A stretch of 63,145 nucleotides of DNA, the filler included, from Octopus bimaculoides (taxonomy: Eukaryota), in the NCBI RefSeq assembly GCF_001194135.2. It is 4 parts of 3 records of this genome, joined end to end, with 100 filler letters (N's around TTAATTAATTAA, not from the genome) between each part and the next. Parts side by side here need not be neighbours in the genome. Positions count along the whole stretch, not along the records: positions 1 to 24,314 come from NC_068983.1; positions 24,415 to 54,903 come from NC_068998.1; 2 more parts are not named here. One strand, written 5' to 3'. Positions within the stretch are counted from its first letter, which is position 1, and each line of letters begins with the position of its first letter. The notes under the pieces were generated by a model, which did not search any database, was not told where the DNA came from, and saw only the letters and a program-made list of their open reading frames with translations. Positions 14,601-28,211 of the stretch are shown here, one piece after another. The translations under genes were made by a program, and so were the position numbers.

Positions 14601-15376
14601 NNNNNNNNNNNNNNNNNNNNNNNNNNNNNNNNNNNNNNNNNNNNNNNNNNNNNNNNNNNNNNNNNNNNNNNNNNNNNNNNNNNNNNNNNNNNNNNNNNNN
14701 NNNNNNNNNNNNNNNNNNNNNNNNNNNNNNNNNNNNNNNNNNNNNNNNNNNNNNNNNNNNNNNNNNNNNNNNNNNNNNNNNNNNNNNNNNNNNNNNNNNN
14801 NNNNNNNNNNNNNNNNNNNNNNNNNNNNNNNNNNNNNNNNNNNNNNNNNNNNNNNNNNNNNNNNNNNNNNNNNNNNNNNNNNNNNNNNNNNNNNNNNNNN
14901 NNNNNNNNNNNNNNNNNNNNNNNNNNNNNNNNNNNNNNNNNNNNNNNNNNNNNNNNNNNNNNNNNNNNNNNNNNNNNNNNNNNNNNNNNNNNNNNNNNNN
15001 NNNNNNNNNNNNNNNNNNNNNNNNNNNNNNNNNNNNNNNNNNNNNNNNNNNNNNNNNNNNNNNNNNNNNNNNNNNNNNNNNNNNNNNNNNNNNNNNNNNN
15101 NNNNNNNNNNNNNNNNNNNNNNNNNNNNNNNNNNNNNNNNNNNNNNNNNNNNNNNNNNNNNNNNNNNNNNNNNNNNNNNNNNNNNNNNNNNNNNNNNNNN
15201 NNNNNNNNNNNNNNNNNNNNNNNNNNNNNNNNNNNNNNNNNNNNNNNNNNNNNNNNNNNNNNNGAATACAAACGGAATAAAACAAGTAATGCGTAAATCG
15301 AACCACTCATTCCCGAAATATGCTGTCGACTCAATCCGTCCACGAAAATGCTGGCCTAATGCCATAATTTGAAACA

Positions 15377-15408
<32 letters not shown>

Positions 15409-15415
15409 AACAACA

Positions 15416-15476
<61 letters not shown>

Positions 15477-15605
15477 TTATTGTACCAAAACTCACAACTT
15501 ATGTTGTTGGATATTCTGGAAGGTGTCAGCTGTCCACAGTCAGCAGACTAAGATGACACTTGTTTGCTGGTAATGCTTCAAGAACCCTGCGAAGAATTTT
15601 TGCAG

Positions 15606-15607
<2 letters not shown>

Positions 15608-15672
<65 letters not shown>

Positions 15673-15880
15673 TAGTTTTATTTTTATAGCGTTCTTTCAC
15701 TTCACTACCGAGCGCAGCTCTGTGTGCCTTGGGTATGTGCTGTGGTTTACTGTGATGCTCTTATGGTTACTGTATTAAAAGTGTTTTGCGTAGGATGTGT
15801 GTATTGCCCAGTAGTGCAATTTTCTGTATGTTATATATACTTGTAAGTCCTGGTGTTTTTGTTATATATTTGTCTGAATA
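15608..15880 (-). mobile_element. 3' end of an R4/Dong-like LINE with (TTA)n tail
   Basis: Reverse complement of 32560-32830 (QKIALLG motif and shared 3' UTR). Confidence 0.8.
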
Positions 15881-15886
15881 TTTTTT

Positions 15887-15918
<32 letters not shown>

Positions 15919-16947
15919 AAGGAACTCAAGCAACAGTAACAACTGTCTCGATAACATAAGACAAGACATTTTAGCAATAATCAGACTCCATCTTGCCAGA
16001 TGAAACTAAAAAGTGCATGCTGAAACACACCTAAATTGAAATTGATAACATCCGAGAAAAACAACTAGGAAGCAATACTGTCGTAACTCCTGAACACATT
16101 GGGCAGCTACTCCAGTGCCTCACGGTTTCAGGTACTCTGGCCTGATCTATGTATGCTATGCTTGCTGTTAATAAATACATATTATAGAGCGCAGTGCATT
16201 GACTTTTCTTAGGGGACCACAGAGCTAAATCGGCTCATCTAGAAATGTAACCATTTTTGTTCCCAAATTTAATGACTTTTCCCCATGAGGACGGACAACA
16301 ATCATGATGGTTTTCAGAACCTCTGTGACGGATTAAAGTAAGGACTATATCTTCAAAACTAGACATTTCTCGAACTTTTCTTACAACTAAATCATGATGT
16401 CAAAACAAATGATGTGTTAATTTTACGACTAAGAAGCGGAACGGCTTCTGAGCTCACGTAACTTTGATCAAAAGTAGATATTGATTCATTGGGATCGAAA
16501 CTGAAATCCCGAAATTTCACAGTGAACTCAATACTGATACAGCTACACCTGTGCCTATGGTAATATTTATAGAGCCTTTAAGGCAGTGACCTTTGAGAAC
16601 CGTTAGCATATCGAGAAAAATATTTAGTGACGTTTCTTCTGACTTTAGGCCCTGAGTTCAAATTCCGCTGAGGACAACTTTGCCTTTCATCCTTTCGGGG
16701 TCGATAAAATAGGTACCAGTAAAATACTTGGTGTCGATGTAATCGATTACTTCTTCACCCAAAGTTACTGGCCTTGTGCCAAAATTTGTAACCAACGTTT
16801 ATAAAGCTTTTAAGACGGCAGGCTGTCAGAACCTTTACCATGCCCGGCAAAATGCTTAACCTCATTTCGTCCGTCTTCATGATTCAAATTCAAATACCGC
16901 TGAGGATAACATTGTCTTTCATCCATTCGGAGTCGATAAAATGAAGG

Positions 16948-17102
16948 GCATCTTGGCGTTAGGAAGGGCATCCAGCTGTAGACACTCTGCCAAATCGGAT
17001 TGGAGCCTGGTGTCGCCTCCTGGTCCACCAGTCCTCAGTCAAATCGTCCAACCCATGCTAGCATGGAAAGCAGACGTTAAACGACGACGATGATGATGAT
17101 GA
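16948..17102 (+). mobile_element. RTE 3'-end copy inserted into a SINE (other 3'-end copies at ~28420-28620 -, ~29820-30000 -, ~49730-49870 -, ~53290-53420 +)
   Basis: ggcgttaggaagggcatccagctgtag...ccaacccatgctagcatggaaag...(gat)n, same as 43395-43545; the host SINE resumes at 17103. Confidence 0.85.
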
Positions 17103-17469
17103 TCAAACACTGGGGTCGGTATAACCGGCTTAAATTTCCCCTATAATTGCTGGCCTAGTGACAAAATTTGAAGCCAATATTTATAAAAACATTATATCCA
17201 ATAATTAAGTTTATTAGATAATTCTATAATTAACTAGCAACTGCATAATATGTAATGCAACAACTGTTCTCATTTCATTTCAGGTCAAGTTTTTAATATC
17301 GAGTAAGGAGATACTAATTTAAAAAACAATATGGCTGTTGTACGTGATGAAAATGCGTTCTTCATTTAGTCTCTGAAATGCTAGAGTGACTGTTAATTAC
17401 ATAAGCCTGGAGTCGGTCTATATTGCTGCAGGATCTATTAAAGGGGTACTTCAACAGCTTCTCATCAAC

Positions 17470-17793
17470 TACGAGAAAGAGAGGGAGAAAGAGGGGGAAG
17501 GAGGGGAGAGAAAGGGAGAGAGTGGGCAGTGAGAAAGAAAGGTTTGAGAGAGATTAACGGAAATGAAGAAAAAATGATATAAAAAGAAGAAGACAAAATC
17601 TTGAAAGAGGAAGACAGAGAGAGTGAGAGACAAAAAGAGAAGCAGGAAGGGAAAGTGGAAGATACATAGAGAATGTGAGAGAGAGAGTGGAAGCAAATAA
17701 CAGATAGGCACACGAACTAGGAGTGAGAAAGAGAGTGATGGGGAGAATAAAAGCAAATATCAGAAACAGTCAGATACATAGACAGATGCATAG

Positions 17794-17835
<42 letters not shown>

Positions 17836-17989
17836 AGATAGAGGGGAGAGAGAGAAATCGTGAGGGAGAGAGGAAAGACTAGAAGATGGGGAAAAATGTT
17901 TTTGAGACAAAAGAAGGTAGAGAAGCGATATATAGACAGTGGGTAGATGTTAAACAAACACAATGACTGAGAGAAGGGGATGTTGCACC

Positions 17990-18051
<62 letters not shown>

Positions 18052-18110
18052 GAAAGAGAGAGAGGATGAGAGGAAGAGGGATGAAGAGAAGAAATTGGGG
18101 AGACAATGTA
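17470..18110. repeat. Purine-rich low-complexity tract with (GA)n and (GATA)n
   Basis: Directly visible. Confidence 0.95.
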
Positions 18111-18413
18111 TAACACCTCACTTAGCTGCGAACTAATTATTTTCATCTCTGAAATCATATTAAGTGGAACATACATATTTATAACGCTATTGAAACCAAT
18201 TAAAACAACTAGAATGTTCTGTCTATTCTAGTAGTATTTTCCGCATCTAAACACTTCGTAGTATACGTTTTAAAGTCTAGTTATTAAAGCATTCACTGAT
18301 CAATAACTGTGAAGTATATAAGAATTGAAATGCTAAATAGTATTAAAATTGAGTTGTATTTGCAGAAAGTCTGACTTAGTGGTTAAAAGAGTTGACTCCA
18401 GTGTTCAAGTTTA

Positions 18414-18629
18414 GCACTTTAGTGTTTAAACCGGCCATATCAAACCAAAATTGTCTTCCAGTTTTATGCTCAAACCAGCCAGGTCTGACCTCTCACACCT
18501 ACCCTACAAAGTCATTCTAAAAATAAACGGGGACATCATCAAAATCTCAGATGCTGTACAATTAACTTAAAACAATGTAATTAAACAGGCTTTACGTCGG
18601 ACAGAATAATCTGAATGCTAAAGGGTTAA
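18414..18629. mobile_element. piggyBac-type non-autonomous element (~210 bp)
   Basis: Ends ...gaatgctaaaggg-TTAA; reverse-orientation relative of the 41725-41943 copy. Confidence 0.6.
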
Positions 18630-19048
18630 GACCCACGGCTCATTATATTTGGTATGCATCTTGGGGTCTAGCTGTAGGATAGTCCATAAATTTTGAGTTA
18701 AATTCCCAACCAAAGAAACCGTTATGTTTGTCTACTTTCCTTTCATTAAATTTTAATCTCATTTTCTCAGATTTTTAATCCTGAATTGTAAACTGAAATG
18801 TCGTCCTTCTTTTCATTATATCGAGTTTCCTTTTCACCTCAATGTAAATAGGAAACAAAACAGAAAATGTTCACCACGGGATGAATAAGCCTAAAAGAAA
18901 ACAGAGTCTATAATGGAATTCGTGATATATTTCTCGATAACAAGAAGGGTTTTTAGCACAAGATTAAAACGTTACTTAAAATCAATAATTATCCAATATG
19001 GCTATCGCTCATCAGATAATGATTTAACTGTGTGTATGTACCTGTCTG

Positions 19049-19079
<31 letters not shown>

Positions 19080-19120
19080 ACATATATATACAAACATACA
19101 TACATACAGACATACACCCA

Positions 19121-19246
<126 letters not shown>

Positions 19247-19308
19247 TATGTATACATACACTCTTACTTATATACACATATTTTATATGTATATATATGT
19301 TTATATAT

Positions 19309-20212
19309 TAGGGTTATGACTTTTTAACAACCTAATAACGCTATACTGTAATTCGATTAATAATTTCATAAAAGTTAGGAAACTAGCATTTATTTTGCTT
19401 TATTTGAAAAAAAGAAAAAAACGTCACCCAAACCATGCAATATTCTAGAGGGGTTCATAACCGAAAATTTGAAGTTTTATTGGTATCCTGCAGTTGTTTT
19501 CCAAAGTATGCTCTTCTAGAAGAAGAGGTCTTCTTTTCCTATGTGATTCTTGAAAATTGCACGAGATTGTTCGTCCAAACACACACACACATATATATAT
19601 ATACATATATACGACAGGCTTCTTTCAGTTTCCGTCTACCAAATCCACTCACAAGGCTTTGGTCGGCCCGAGGCTATAGTAGAAGACACTTGCCCAAGGT
19701 GCCACGCAGTGAGACTGAACCCGAAACCATGTGGTTGGTAAGCAAGCTACTTACCACACAGCCACTCCTGCGCCTATGAGACATTATTTTAGATACTCTA
19801 CTTGGATAAGCCTGCTATTCTGAAAAACAGTTAATATAGTCAGAGTTTTAAGCATCACAGAAATAAAAAAGGAGAGGAAGAGAATATTTCCTAAAGTAGG
19901 GCCTAAGTCGTAACTAATTAAAAACTCTATAACCCCTAAACTACTTGAAAGCTAAAATTTGAGATATACTGCTTCGGCATTGCATTAAGTAAGCACACCA
20001 AGTTTGGAAAAAAGTTGAGTAGACATTATGAACCTCCCTAGAATTTTGCATGGTTTGAGTCAAAAGTAATGTTAGATTTCTTAAGTTGCGGGTGATATTT
20101 TTACAAAAAAACTTCAAACAAAGATTATCTTCACTATTTATATAACGTTATTTATTGACTTTTTATACAGGAACTTGTTTACTTTTAAAAAAATTAAAAA
20201 GTCACAACCCTA
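19309..20212. mobile_element. Non-autonomous TIR element carrying a nested SINE (19606-19777)
   Basis: 19-bp TIRs tagggttatgactttttaa / ttaaaaagtcacaacccta; no convincing TSD. Confidence 0.6.
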
Positions 20213-20431
20213 ATACATCTATTCTGTTTTTTTTCCTGTATTTGTTTCAGTCATTGCACTGCGGCCATGCTGGAGCACCGCCTTCATCGAAGAAATAGAA
20301 CCCAAGACTTATTTTTTGTAAACCGAATATTTATTCTATCGGTCTCTTGTGCAGAACCGATAACTTTCGGAGACGTAAACACATCAGCAACAGTTATGAA
20401 GCGTTGATGAGGGGGGCGGACAAATACAAAT

Positions 20432-20480
<49 letters not shown>

Positions 20481-20645
20481 CGATGGGATTCTCTCAGTTT
20501 CTGTCTACCAGATCCACCGACAAGGCTTTGATCGCTCCAGGGCTAGAGTAGAAGCCACTCGCCCAACGTAAAAAGCAGTCGGACTGAACCTGGAACCATG
20601 TAGTTGGAAAGCAAGCTTTTTACCAGACAGCTACGACTGCACCTG

Positions 20646-20676
<31 letters not shown>

Positions 20677-23281
20677 NNNNNNNNNNNNNNNNNNNNNNNN
20701 NNNNNNNNNNNNNNNNNNNNNNNNNNNNNNNNNNNNNNNNNNNNNNNNNNNNNNNNNNNNNNNNNNNNNNNNNNNNNNNNNNNNNNNNNNNNNNNNNNNN
20801 NNNNNNNNNNNNNNNNNNNNNNNNNNNNNNNNNNNNNNNNNNNNNNNNNNNNNNNNNNNNNNNNNNNNNNNNNNNNNNNNNNNNNNNNNNNNNNNNNNNN
20901 NNNNNNNNNNNNNNNNNNNNNNNNNNNNNNNNNNNNNNNNNNNNNNNNNNNNNNNNNNNNNNNNNNNNNNNNNNNNNNNNNNNNNNNNNNNNNNNNNNNN
21001 NNNNNNNNNNNNNNNNNNNNNNNNNNNNNNNNNNNNNNNNNNNNNNNNNNNNNNNNNNNNNNNNNNNNNNNNNNNNNNNNNNNNNNNNNNNNNNNNNNNN
21101 NNNNNNNNNNNNNNNNNNNNNNNNNNNNNNNNNNNNNNNNNNNNNNNNNNNNNNNNNNNNNNNATATATATATATATATATATATATACATATGCATGTA
21201 TATACATACGCATGTGTGTTGAGTGGGTGTTTCTGCAATGTACGTATATGATGGGAGAAAAATTAACCGATATATCACGTCCGTTTGCAATAAAGACCAA
21301 ATTAAATGCAAGTTCATATAAATGCCTGCATTTGTGTAGATGGTTACTGTCAACACAGATATAAAATGTCATTAATAAAATTTCTACTTAGAAGACCATC
21401 CAGATTCCCAGCCAGCAACGAAGCACTGGGCAAAGGAAAAAATTAACTTCAAACATACTCTATAGCGATCATATATGAGTATCTGAAAAAAAAAAAAAAA
21501 AAGAAAGAACACAACAAAAACATACAGATAATAGAAAAAAATGGAAAATACAAAACAGTCAGGTTTTCAATCTAAAATGTTGAAAAGGACATCACGTACT
21601 CAATACCCTGAATATGTAAGCATTTTTGTATTCACAAAATCATATACACACATGTCCGCACGCACACAGGCATACAAAGCACACAACTATTCTAATCTGG
21701 TGATCGCTTTGGCGGGTAAATCAGCCCACGAAAGGACAATCAAATTTACGTAAGCAATACATACATACATGCTAAGCTTTATCTTAATAATTTTGATGCG
21801 CACTCTATACGTTCTTTCCTCTTCTCCCACTATTCTATCCTATTACCCTTTTACTCTCTTTCCCTCAGTCCTCCTCCCATGTTACCATCGGCCATCTTTC
21901 TTTCTTTCTTTCTCTCCGTTGTAGCTTGATTTATGCGTTCACCACCACAACCCCATTTAGGCTTAGCAGCCCTTCCTGTTTCTTTTCACTGTCCTGTTTT
22001 TGTTACCTATTGTGACCCTCCTCAAAATCCCAAATTTTATTTAATTTGCTTTGTGTGGAACTGTTTATAGAAAGCGTATATTGTTATCAAATACTCGAAA
22101 TACGAGACTAGTAAAACAGGCGACAACTGATGAAGGGTCGTTCTTTATGTATTCTGTTTTGTTTTCTGTGTGTGTCTTTCGTTCTTAGAAAGAATAGGTC
22201 ATGTTCCATGTACTCGTGCTTCGTACTTTTTTGTTGTGCACGTTTCATGACGTCTTGTGCCCACATATGCATATATATATATATATATANNNNNNNNNNN
22301 NNNNNNNNNNNNNNNNNNNNNNNNNNNNNNNNNNNNNNNNNNNNNNNNNNNNNNNNNNNNNNNNNNNNNNNNNNNNNNNNNNNNNNNNNNNNNNNNNNNN
22401 NNNNNNNNNNNNNNNNNNNNNNNNNNNNNNNNNNNNNNNNNNNNNNNNNNNNNNNNNNNNNNNNNNNNNNNNNNNNNNNNNNNNNNNNNNNNNNNNNNNN
22501 NNNNNNNNNNNNNNNNNNNNNNNNNNNNNNNNNNNNNNNNNNNNNNNNNNNNNNNNNNNNNNNNNNNNNNNNNNNNNNNNNNNNNNNNNNNNNNNNNNNN
22601 NNNNNNNNNNNNNNNNNNNNNNNNNNNNNNNNNNNNNNNNNNNNNNNNNNNNNNNNNNNNNNNNNNNNNNNNNNNNNNNNNNNNNNNNNNNNNNNNNNNN
22701 NNNNNNNNNNNNNNNNNNNNNNNNNNNNNNNNNNNNNNNNNNNNNNNNNNNNNNNNNNNNNNNNNNNNNNNNNNNNNNNNNNNNNNNNNNNNNNNNNNNN
22801 NNNNNNNNNNNNNNNNNNNNNNNNNNNNNNNNNNNNNNNNNNNNNNNNNNNNNNNNNNNNNNNNNNNNNNNNNNNNNNNNNNNNNNNNNNNNNNNNNNNN
22901 NNNNNNNNNNNNNNNNNNNNNNNNNNNNNNNNNNNNNNNNNNNNNNNNNNNNNNNNNNNNNNNNNNNNNNNNNNNNNNNNNNNNNNNNNNNNNNNNNNNN
23001 NNNNNNNNNNNNNNNNNNNNNNNNNNNNNNNNNNNNNNNNNNNNNNNNNNNNNNNNNNNNNNNNNNNNNNNNNNNNNNNNNNNNNNNNNNNNNNNNNNNN
23101 NNNNNNNNNNNNNNNNNNNNNNNNNNNNNNNNNNNNNNNNNNNNNNNNNNNNNNNNNNNNNNNNNNNNNNNNNNNNNNNNNNNNNNNNNNNNNNNNNNNN
23201 NNNNNNNNNNNNNNNNNNNNNNNNNNNNNNNNNNNNNNNNNNNNNTATATATATTGCATAATATATTTATCTCTGTCTTTC

Positions 23282-23353
<72 letters not shown>

Positions 23354-23380
23354 CCTATCTGTCTATCTATCTATGTGTAT

Positions 23381-23429
23381 TCACGACTGAGGATGAGTAA
23401 AGTACCTCGAAACCGAATCGGTCTCATGA
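23381..23429 (+). ncRNA. Type I hammerhead ribozyme motif (canonical core)
   Basis: UCACGA / CUGAGGA / U / GAG-uaaaguac-CUC / GAAA / CCG-aau-CGG / UC cleavage / UCAUGA. All core nucleotides are present, stems II and III pair, stem I pairs at 5 of 6 positions, and the cleavage triplet is GUC (cut after 23423). Confidence 0.8.
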
Positions 23430-24248
23430 CCCTACCGTCTGCTGGAGGTTAATAGGGATCCGCTCTCCTGCTGCCATTATACATATGTACAGGGTGCAGA
23501 CTCCGCCTATAACCAGCTGGCAGAAGATATACCTTGGTTTAAACTCATAGTAACATTGAACAAACATTATTGATATGGCGATTAACTTTACTTGCTAGTA
23601 CATTTACCACAGTCATCTCTTATTGAGATTCTACGACTGTACATATACATACATACATACACTCACTCACACACCACACACGCACACATATACAAAAATA
23701 TATACATATTTATCATATTATCAAGGGCAATGAGAAATATTAGAAATTTCTACTAACAGTGGCCTAGCGTCATTAGAATTGAAAAATTAGAATGTATAAG
23801 CATGAGGCTGATACTGGATTGCCTCGTGTATATATGTTTAATCTAAGGTGTACCTGCTGAAGAAGACTTCGCCTGGCAAATTGTTTTATTTGCTAAAATA
23901 AGTCTGAAACCAATGGCCCAAGAGTTAGATGGTAAATGTTTAAATTTTTCATTCCATTCGGAGTTTTAACCCTAAATAGTGCTATGGAATTTAACTGTTC
24001 TTTGTAGGGTGCAAGGAATCCATATGATGGATGCCTCTTATATGCTTAAATATACACTATATTTATATTATATATTATATATTTCATATTCTATATCCCA
24101 CATAAATTTTACAAGAATATAAATAAAACACATAAAAAACAGACAGAGTTGGAACTCTTTTAAATAAAATAATATATTCCTCTATACACGATCATACAAA
24201 ACCCTTTTTTTGGTATTTATTTTTACTCACACACACACACACACACAC

Positions 24249-24289
<41 letters not shown>

Positions 24290-24314
24290 GTACAGTTTCA
24301 TATTTCTTTATTGC

Positions 24315-24414
24315 NNNNNNNNNNNNNNNNNNNNNNNNNNNNNNNNNNNNNNNNNNNNTTAATTAATTAANNNNNNNNNNNNNNNNNNNNNNNNNNNNNN
24401 NNNNNNNNNNNNNN
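24315..24414. other. Artificial assembly spacer N44-TTAATTAATTAA-N44 (identical at 54904-55003 and 58829-58928)
   Basis: Three identical 100-bp blocks; the 12-mer puts stop codons in all six frames, as in standard pseudomolecule linkers. Confidence 0.95.
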
Positions 24415-24722
24415 ACTACCTAGCTCAGATACCAGGAAACCCCAAAATGGCTGAAGTTCAAAAGATACTGCTCATGGGAACTGCCCATATCCTACGTAAA
24501 ATACTATCTATGTGATCTCAAATTTTAAAGCAAACATAATTTTCTTATGGTTTCTTAAACATTCACTTGAACAAAACAGTACAAATCCAAATATATGGTA
24601 CCCTAGGCATAACATCTACATGAACTTCTAACTTGTTGTCTCTTGAGGTCTCTGGGTGAGACTTGGATCCAACTTGTACAAATGCAAAACAAAAGTCAAA
24701 CATAAAATAATAATAATAATAA
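24415..24722 (+). mobile_element. 3' end of an R4/Dong-like LINE
   Basis: PGNPKMAEVQKILLMGTAHILRKILSM* followed by 3' UTR and (TAA)n tail. Confidence 0.8.
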
Positions 24723-25829
24723 CAGACATGGAAATAAATAAAATTAGTGCAAAAGTTAAAACAAGATATGATTTGAAGAAATAAGGTTTTGTGACTAGAT
24801 TGAGTTATGGCACTCCACTTTCCCCTTTACTTAACCATTTCTTAAATTGTGTTCCAGTACAGTTGAATACTCCATTATGCATATTTAGAGACATTTGGTG
24901 ATGAGCAATACCATCATTTTGAGGGTAGTCCCTTTGAAGTTTGGTATAATGCTTTTATTTTACATGTCATTTATCTTTTGCATGTTGTTTATTTTACCTG
25001 TTATTGTGTCATCTTAACTTCTTGAGAGAATATGTGACACTATAGTTACCTCATGAACTCCAAATGATAAAAAAATACTAAATTCTTCACTCTACTGTTA
25101 TTACCACTTGACCATCTGTTGTTAGTGATAATATCATTACATGTTCTACCCATCTTTTTAGACTGTATATCTCTAGATACATGTCAGCATTAATATTGTC
25201 TCAAAATGGACAAACACTGCAAAACCAAATTTCCTGTGAAATATCATTTACATCATCTTGGTTCTATATTGAAGCTCTTTTCTTTTTTCTTCCATGAAAC
25301 CACTAATATCATAACTTTTGCCATCTTCATTAAATTATAGGACCTTTGAGCCTTGTCAAAATGAAACCAATACTGTCATGGCTTGAACAATGAAACTAAT
25401 AGAGATAGAAGAACATTCAACTAAATATCATACACTATTTAGCTTCCTATCTTTCAAATTCACATATCAAGAAGGTAGATGCAATATTTCAGTCTCCAGA
25501 GTTCAACAACATAAATATTTGTAATATTCTGGAATCAATTAAATCAAATATTCCTCATCTACCTGACAAAAATTAAATAAATAAATATAAAATAGTGGCT
25601 TTGTACTGGATGGAAAAAAAGAAATCAATATTGTCACATTAGTGAGACTATATGATTACATCACATAAAGTAAGTCACTTAACTCTCAAGTGCAACTCTG
25701 AAATAATATATTGTTATCAATAATATTCTATTGTATTATTATCAAATCCCATATATTGAAACAAAGTATGGGTTATACCATCACAGAGGATCTTTCCTGA
25801 CAAATGCCAATACTTGATATAACAAAGAT

Positions 25830-26330
25830 TCCATTGTAAAGATTGGCATTCTTCAGAGCCAGAAGATCATCCCCCATTAATCACTTATCCTTTACAAGGC
25901 TCAGATGGGACTCATATTGGCATATTGTTCCCACATCTATGACAGTGCTGTTGCTAAACATTCAAGCACCAGAGATTGCATCCAAAAAGGCCAGGCAACT
26001 GATTGGCATGCAATTACTCGCCAACACTTTCCAACTGCTGACCCATAGATATGCTATCTCCTTTCTTTAGCTTTACTACCACTACTGTAATAGGCTCTGC
26101 ACCTTGAAGATTATTAGTCTTGTATCACTTTCTTACTGCAGACCCCATGCTAACCTCTACATTTTCTTTCTGTAATTCCCTCCCTACTCATATTTTTCCA
26201 GTTACCATTGACTTCCTGCTGTTCAAAAGAAATCGTAACCATATCGATCCATTCACTCACCCTTATCACTTCTCAGCAGACTAACCTTACAAACAGAGTA
26301 GTTGCTATCATGTTACCTTTCTGAACATGC
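25830..26330 (+). mobile_element. Degraded CR1/Jockey-group LINE C-terminal fragment
   Basis: LYKAQ...YCSHI...LLTHRYAISFL*LYY resembles the YKAQIRPxxEYCSHxW...LxHRRxVASLxxFY motif. Confidence 0.6.
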
Positions 26331-26989
26331 ACCACTCCACCAGTCTTACTGGAATTATAATGCTGTAAGATTTCTCTGTAGACTAGCTCTCTAGCCAGAC
26401 ACCTAACCGTAGAATAACTTGTTTACACATTGCATACTACATCCTAAGCAGTTGAGAGTACAAGAAACTGAACTTGTGAGTTGTTAATAAATCCAAACTT
26501 TATCTTTGCTTGTGCTAACCAGCTTTGCTCATTATATTTTGGAATATGTAACTTAATATCCATTGAGATTGCATTATTGTTAAATACCACATGTTTATTA
26601 GTAAATACTCCAAACAATTACATATGCCTATGGTAATTTTGGACACAGTTTATCAAGCTTCACATAATTTTTATTTGGAGATAACATTTTTCAACCTAAT
26701 TAACATTAAATTAAGTGCAATCTTGTTGGGCACCCCCTCTGCTAAATGATAAAAAATAACTAGTAATTATATTATTGATTTCATGAGCATCCTAGTTTTA
26801 GAATAGGTATGCCACATCCTTGTGTATCATAAAAGACAATTAAGAGAGTGATTACACGGAAGGCATTTTGCCATAAAACAATGTTTCAGAGAAAAAAAAT
26901 ATCTGTCATATAGAAAAAAGAATGTAAAGTGCTCACAATGATGAGTTGTACTCAATGTAAGCTATAAACTAATAAGAGATGAAGTGAAA

Positions 26990-27270
26990 TCAAAAGCAGA
27001 CCAACAGAGAAGTTAAGCTTTGTATGTGACAGATGAACTGAAGCAATATGTGCAATGGAAATACATTCTCTAAAATGTCTTGATGGTTCATTTGAAGTAG
27101 CAAATAGTTTCTGTTATCTAGGAGATATAATTGGAAGGAGTTGTGGTTGTTCAGAAAGTATTGTAGGCAGAGTAAGAACAGGTTGGAAAAAGTTCAGGGA
27201 GCTGTTATTACTGTTAGCAATAAAGCTGTTATTTCAGAGTGAAGGTCTCTTTGCATGATAATTGTGTTAG
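26990..27270 (+). mobile_element. Old RTE LINE fragment
   Basis: FEVANSFCYLGDII...RVRTGWKKFRELL, homologous to 42330-42500. Confidence 0.8.
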
Positions 27271-28079
27271 AAATACTGCCATTGTTCCCTTTCGTATTCC
27301 CCTTCTTGGTCTATATGTATTAGGTTACTGAGTACGCTTGTATTAGTACCATGAAAAAATGCACCCAGTACACTCTGTAAAGAATATCCAACCAAAGAAA
27401 TCTTGCCAAATGACTTGTATAGGAGCAGTAGCTCCCAATAAGACATGATGATAATGAATTGTTTTAAATATTGTAGAGCCGTTGTTATAAACAGTGTACA
27501 GCAGTTGTAGTAAACATTGTACAAGAGTTTTGGCAAGTATTGTACCCACAGTTAAAATTTTATATCAATTTCTTTCTCATATTTTATTAAAATGTTACCT
27601 TGAAAAGAGTGTCTTTTAAGGTGCTATCTTTATGATAAAGATTTACTGATTTACATAAGTTACCCTTAGCATTTACTATTAAAAACTTATGCTTTGGGAT
27701 TCTCATAAACACAGAAGTATTCTGTCCATGAATTACACTAACCTAACTACCCGAAATGACCTTAAGATATAAGAATATTGACCTCAAATTTTGGCACAAG
27801 GCAACAATTTCTAGGGAGTCAGGTAAGTTGGTTACATTGAACTCCAGTGCTCAACAGGTACTTATTTTATAGAGGCCCCAAAAGGATGAAAGGTAAAATC
27901 TACCTCAGTGGAATTTGAACTCTGTATGTGAAGAACAATGAAATGCTGCTAAATTGCAAACTTAAGAGACAAGAATATTATTACAGATTTTCTCTTAAAT
28001 TACAGATATTTTCTTACTTGTTTTTTAAATACTGTGTTGACAGTTTTTTTTGCTAATTTACTATTTTGCTCCATTCCAG

Positions 28080-28211
28080 GAACATATGAAAGAATTGTAT
28101 GAACGTGCTGTTGCATATCTAAATGTGGATTATGCTCTTGACTTTTACGATAAACTGTCTATAAATACAAGCCCATTGCTGCAAGATGTTATGTATAAAA
28201 GTGCCAAAAAG
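28080..28211 (+). CDS. NAALADase-like exon (132 bp, phase 0/0): [44 protein letters not shown]
   Basis: Acceptor ttccag, donor gtgagc; aligns to GCPII ENSRLLQERGVAYINAD...TPLMYSLVHNLTKE, including the Zn-ligand Asp. Confidence 0.93.

Noticed and set aside
15369-15778. Poly-Leu/Gln ORFs, and the YI/CV/HT/LS-repeat ORFs elsewhere
   Set aside because: Translations of microsatellites with no splice or homology support.
22092-22140. ACTC-GAAA...CTGATGA-A-GGGT, a type II hammerhead-like order
   Set aside because: Stem II could pair, but stems I and III and an NUH site cannot be formed; more likely a fragment of a Penelope-like terminus.
24359-24370. Recurrent TTAATTAATTAA palindrome embedded in Ns (also 54948-54959 and 58873-58884)
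   Set aside because: The exact N44-12-N44 format, repeated three times and giving six-frame stops, marks it as an assembly linker rather than biology.
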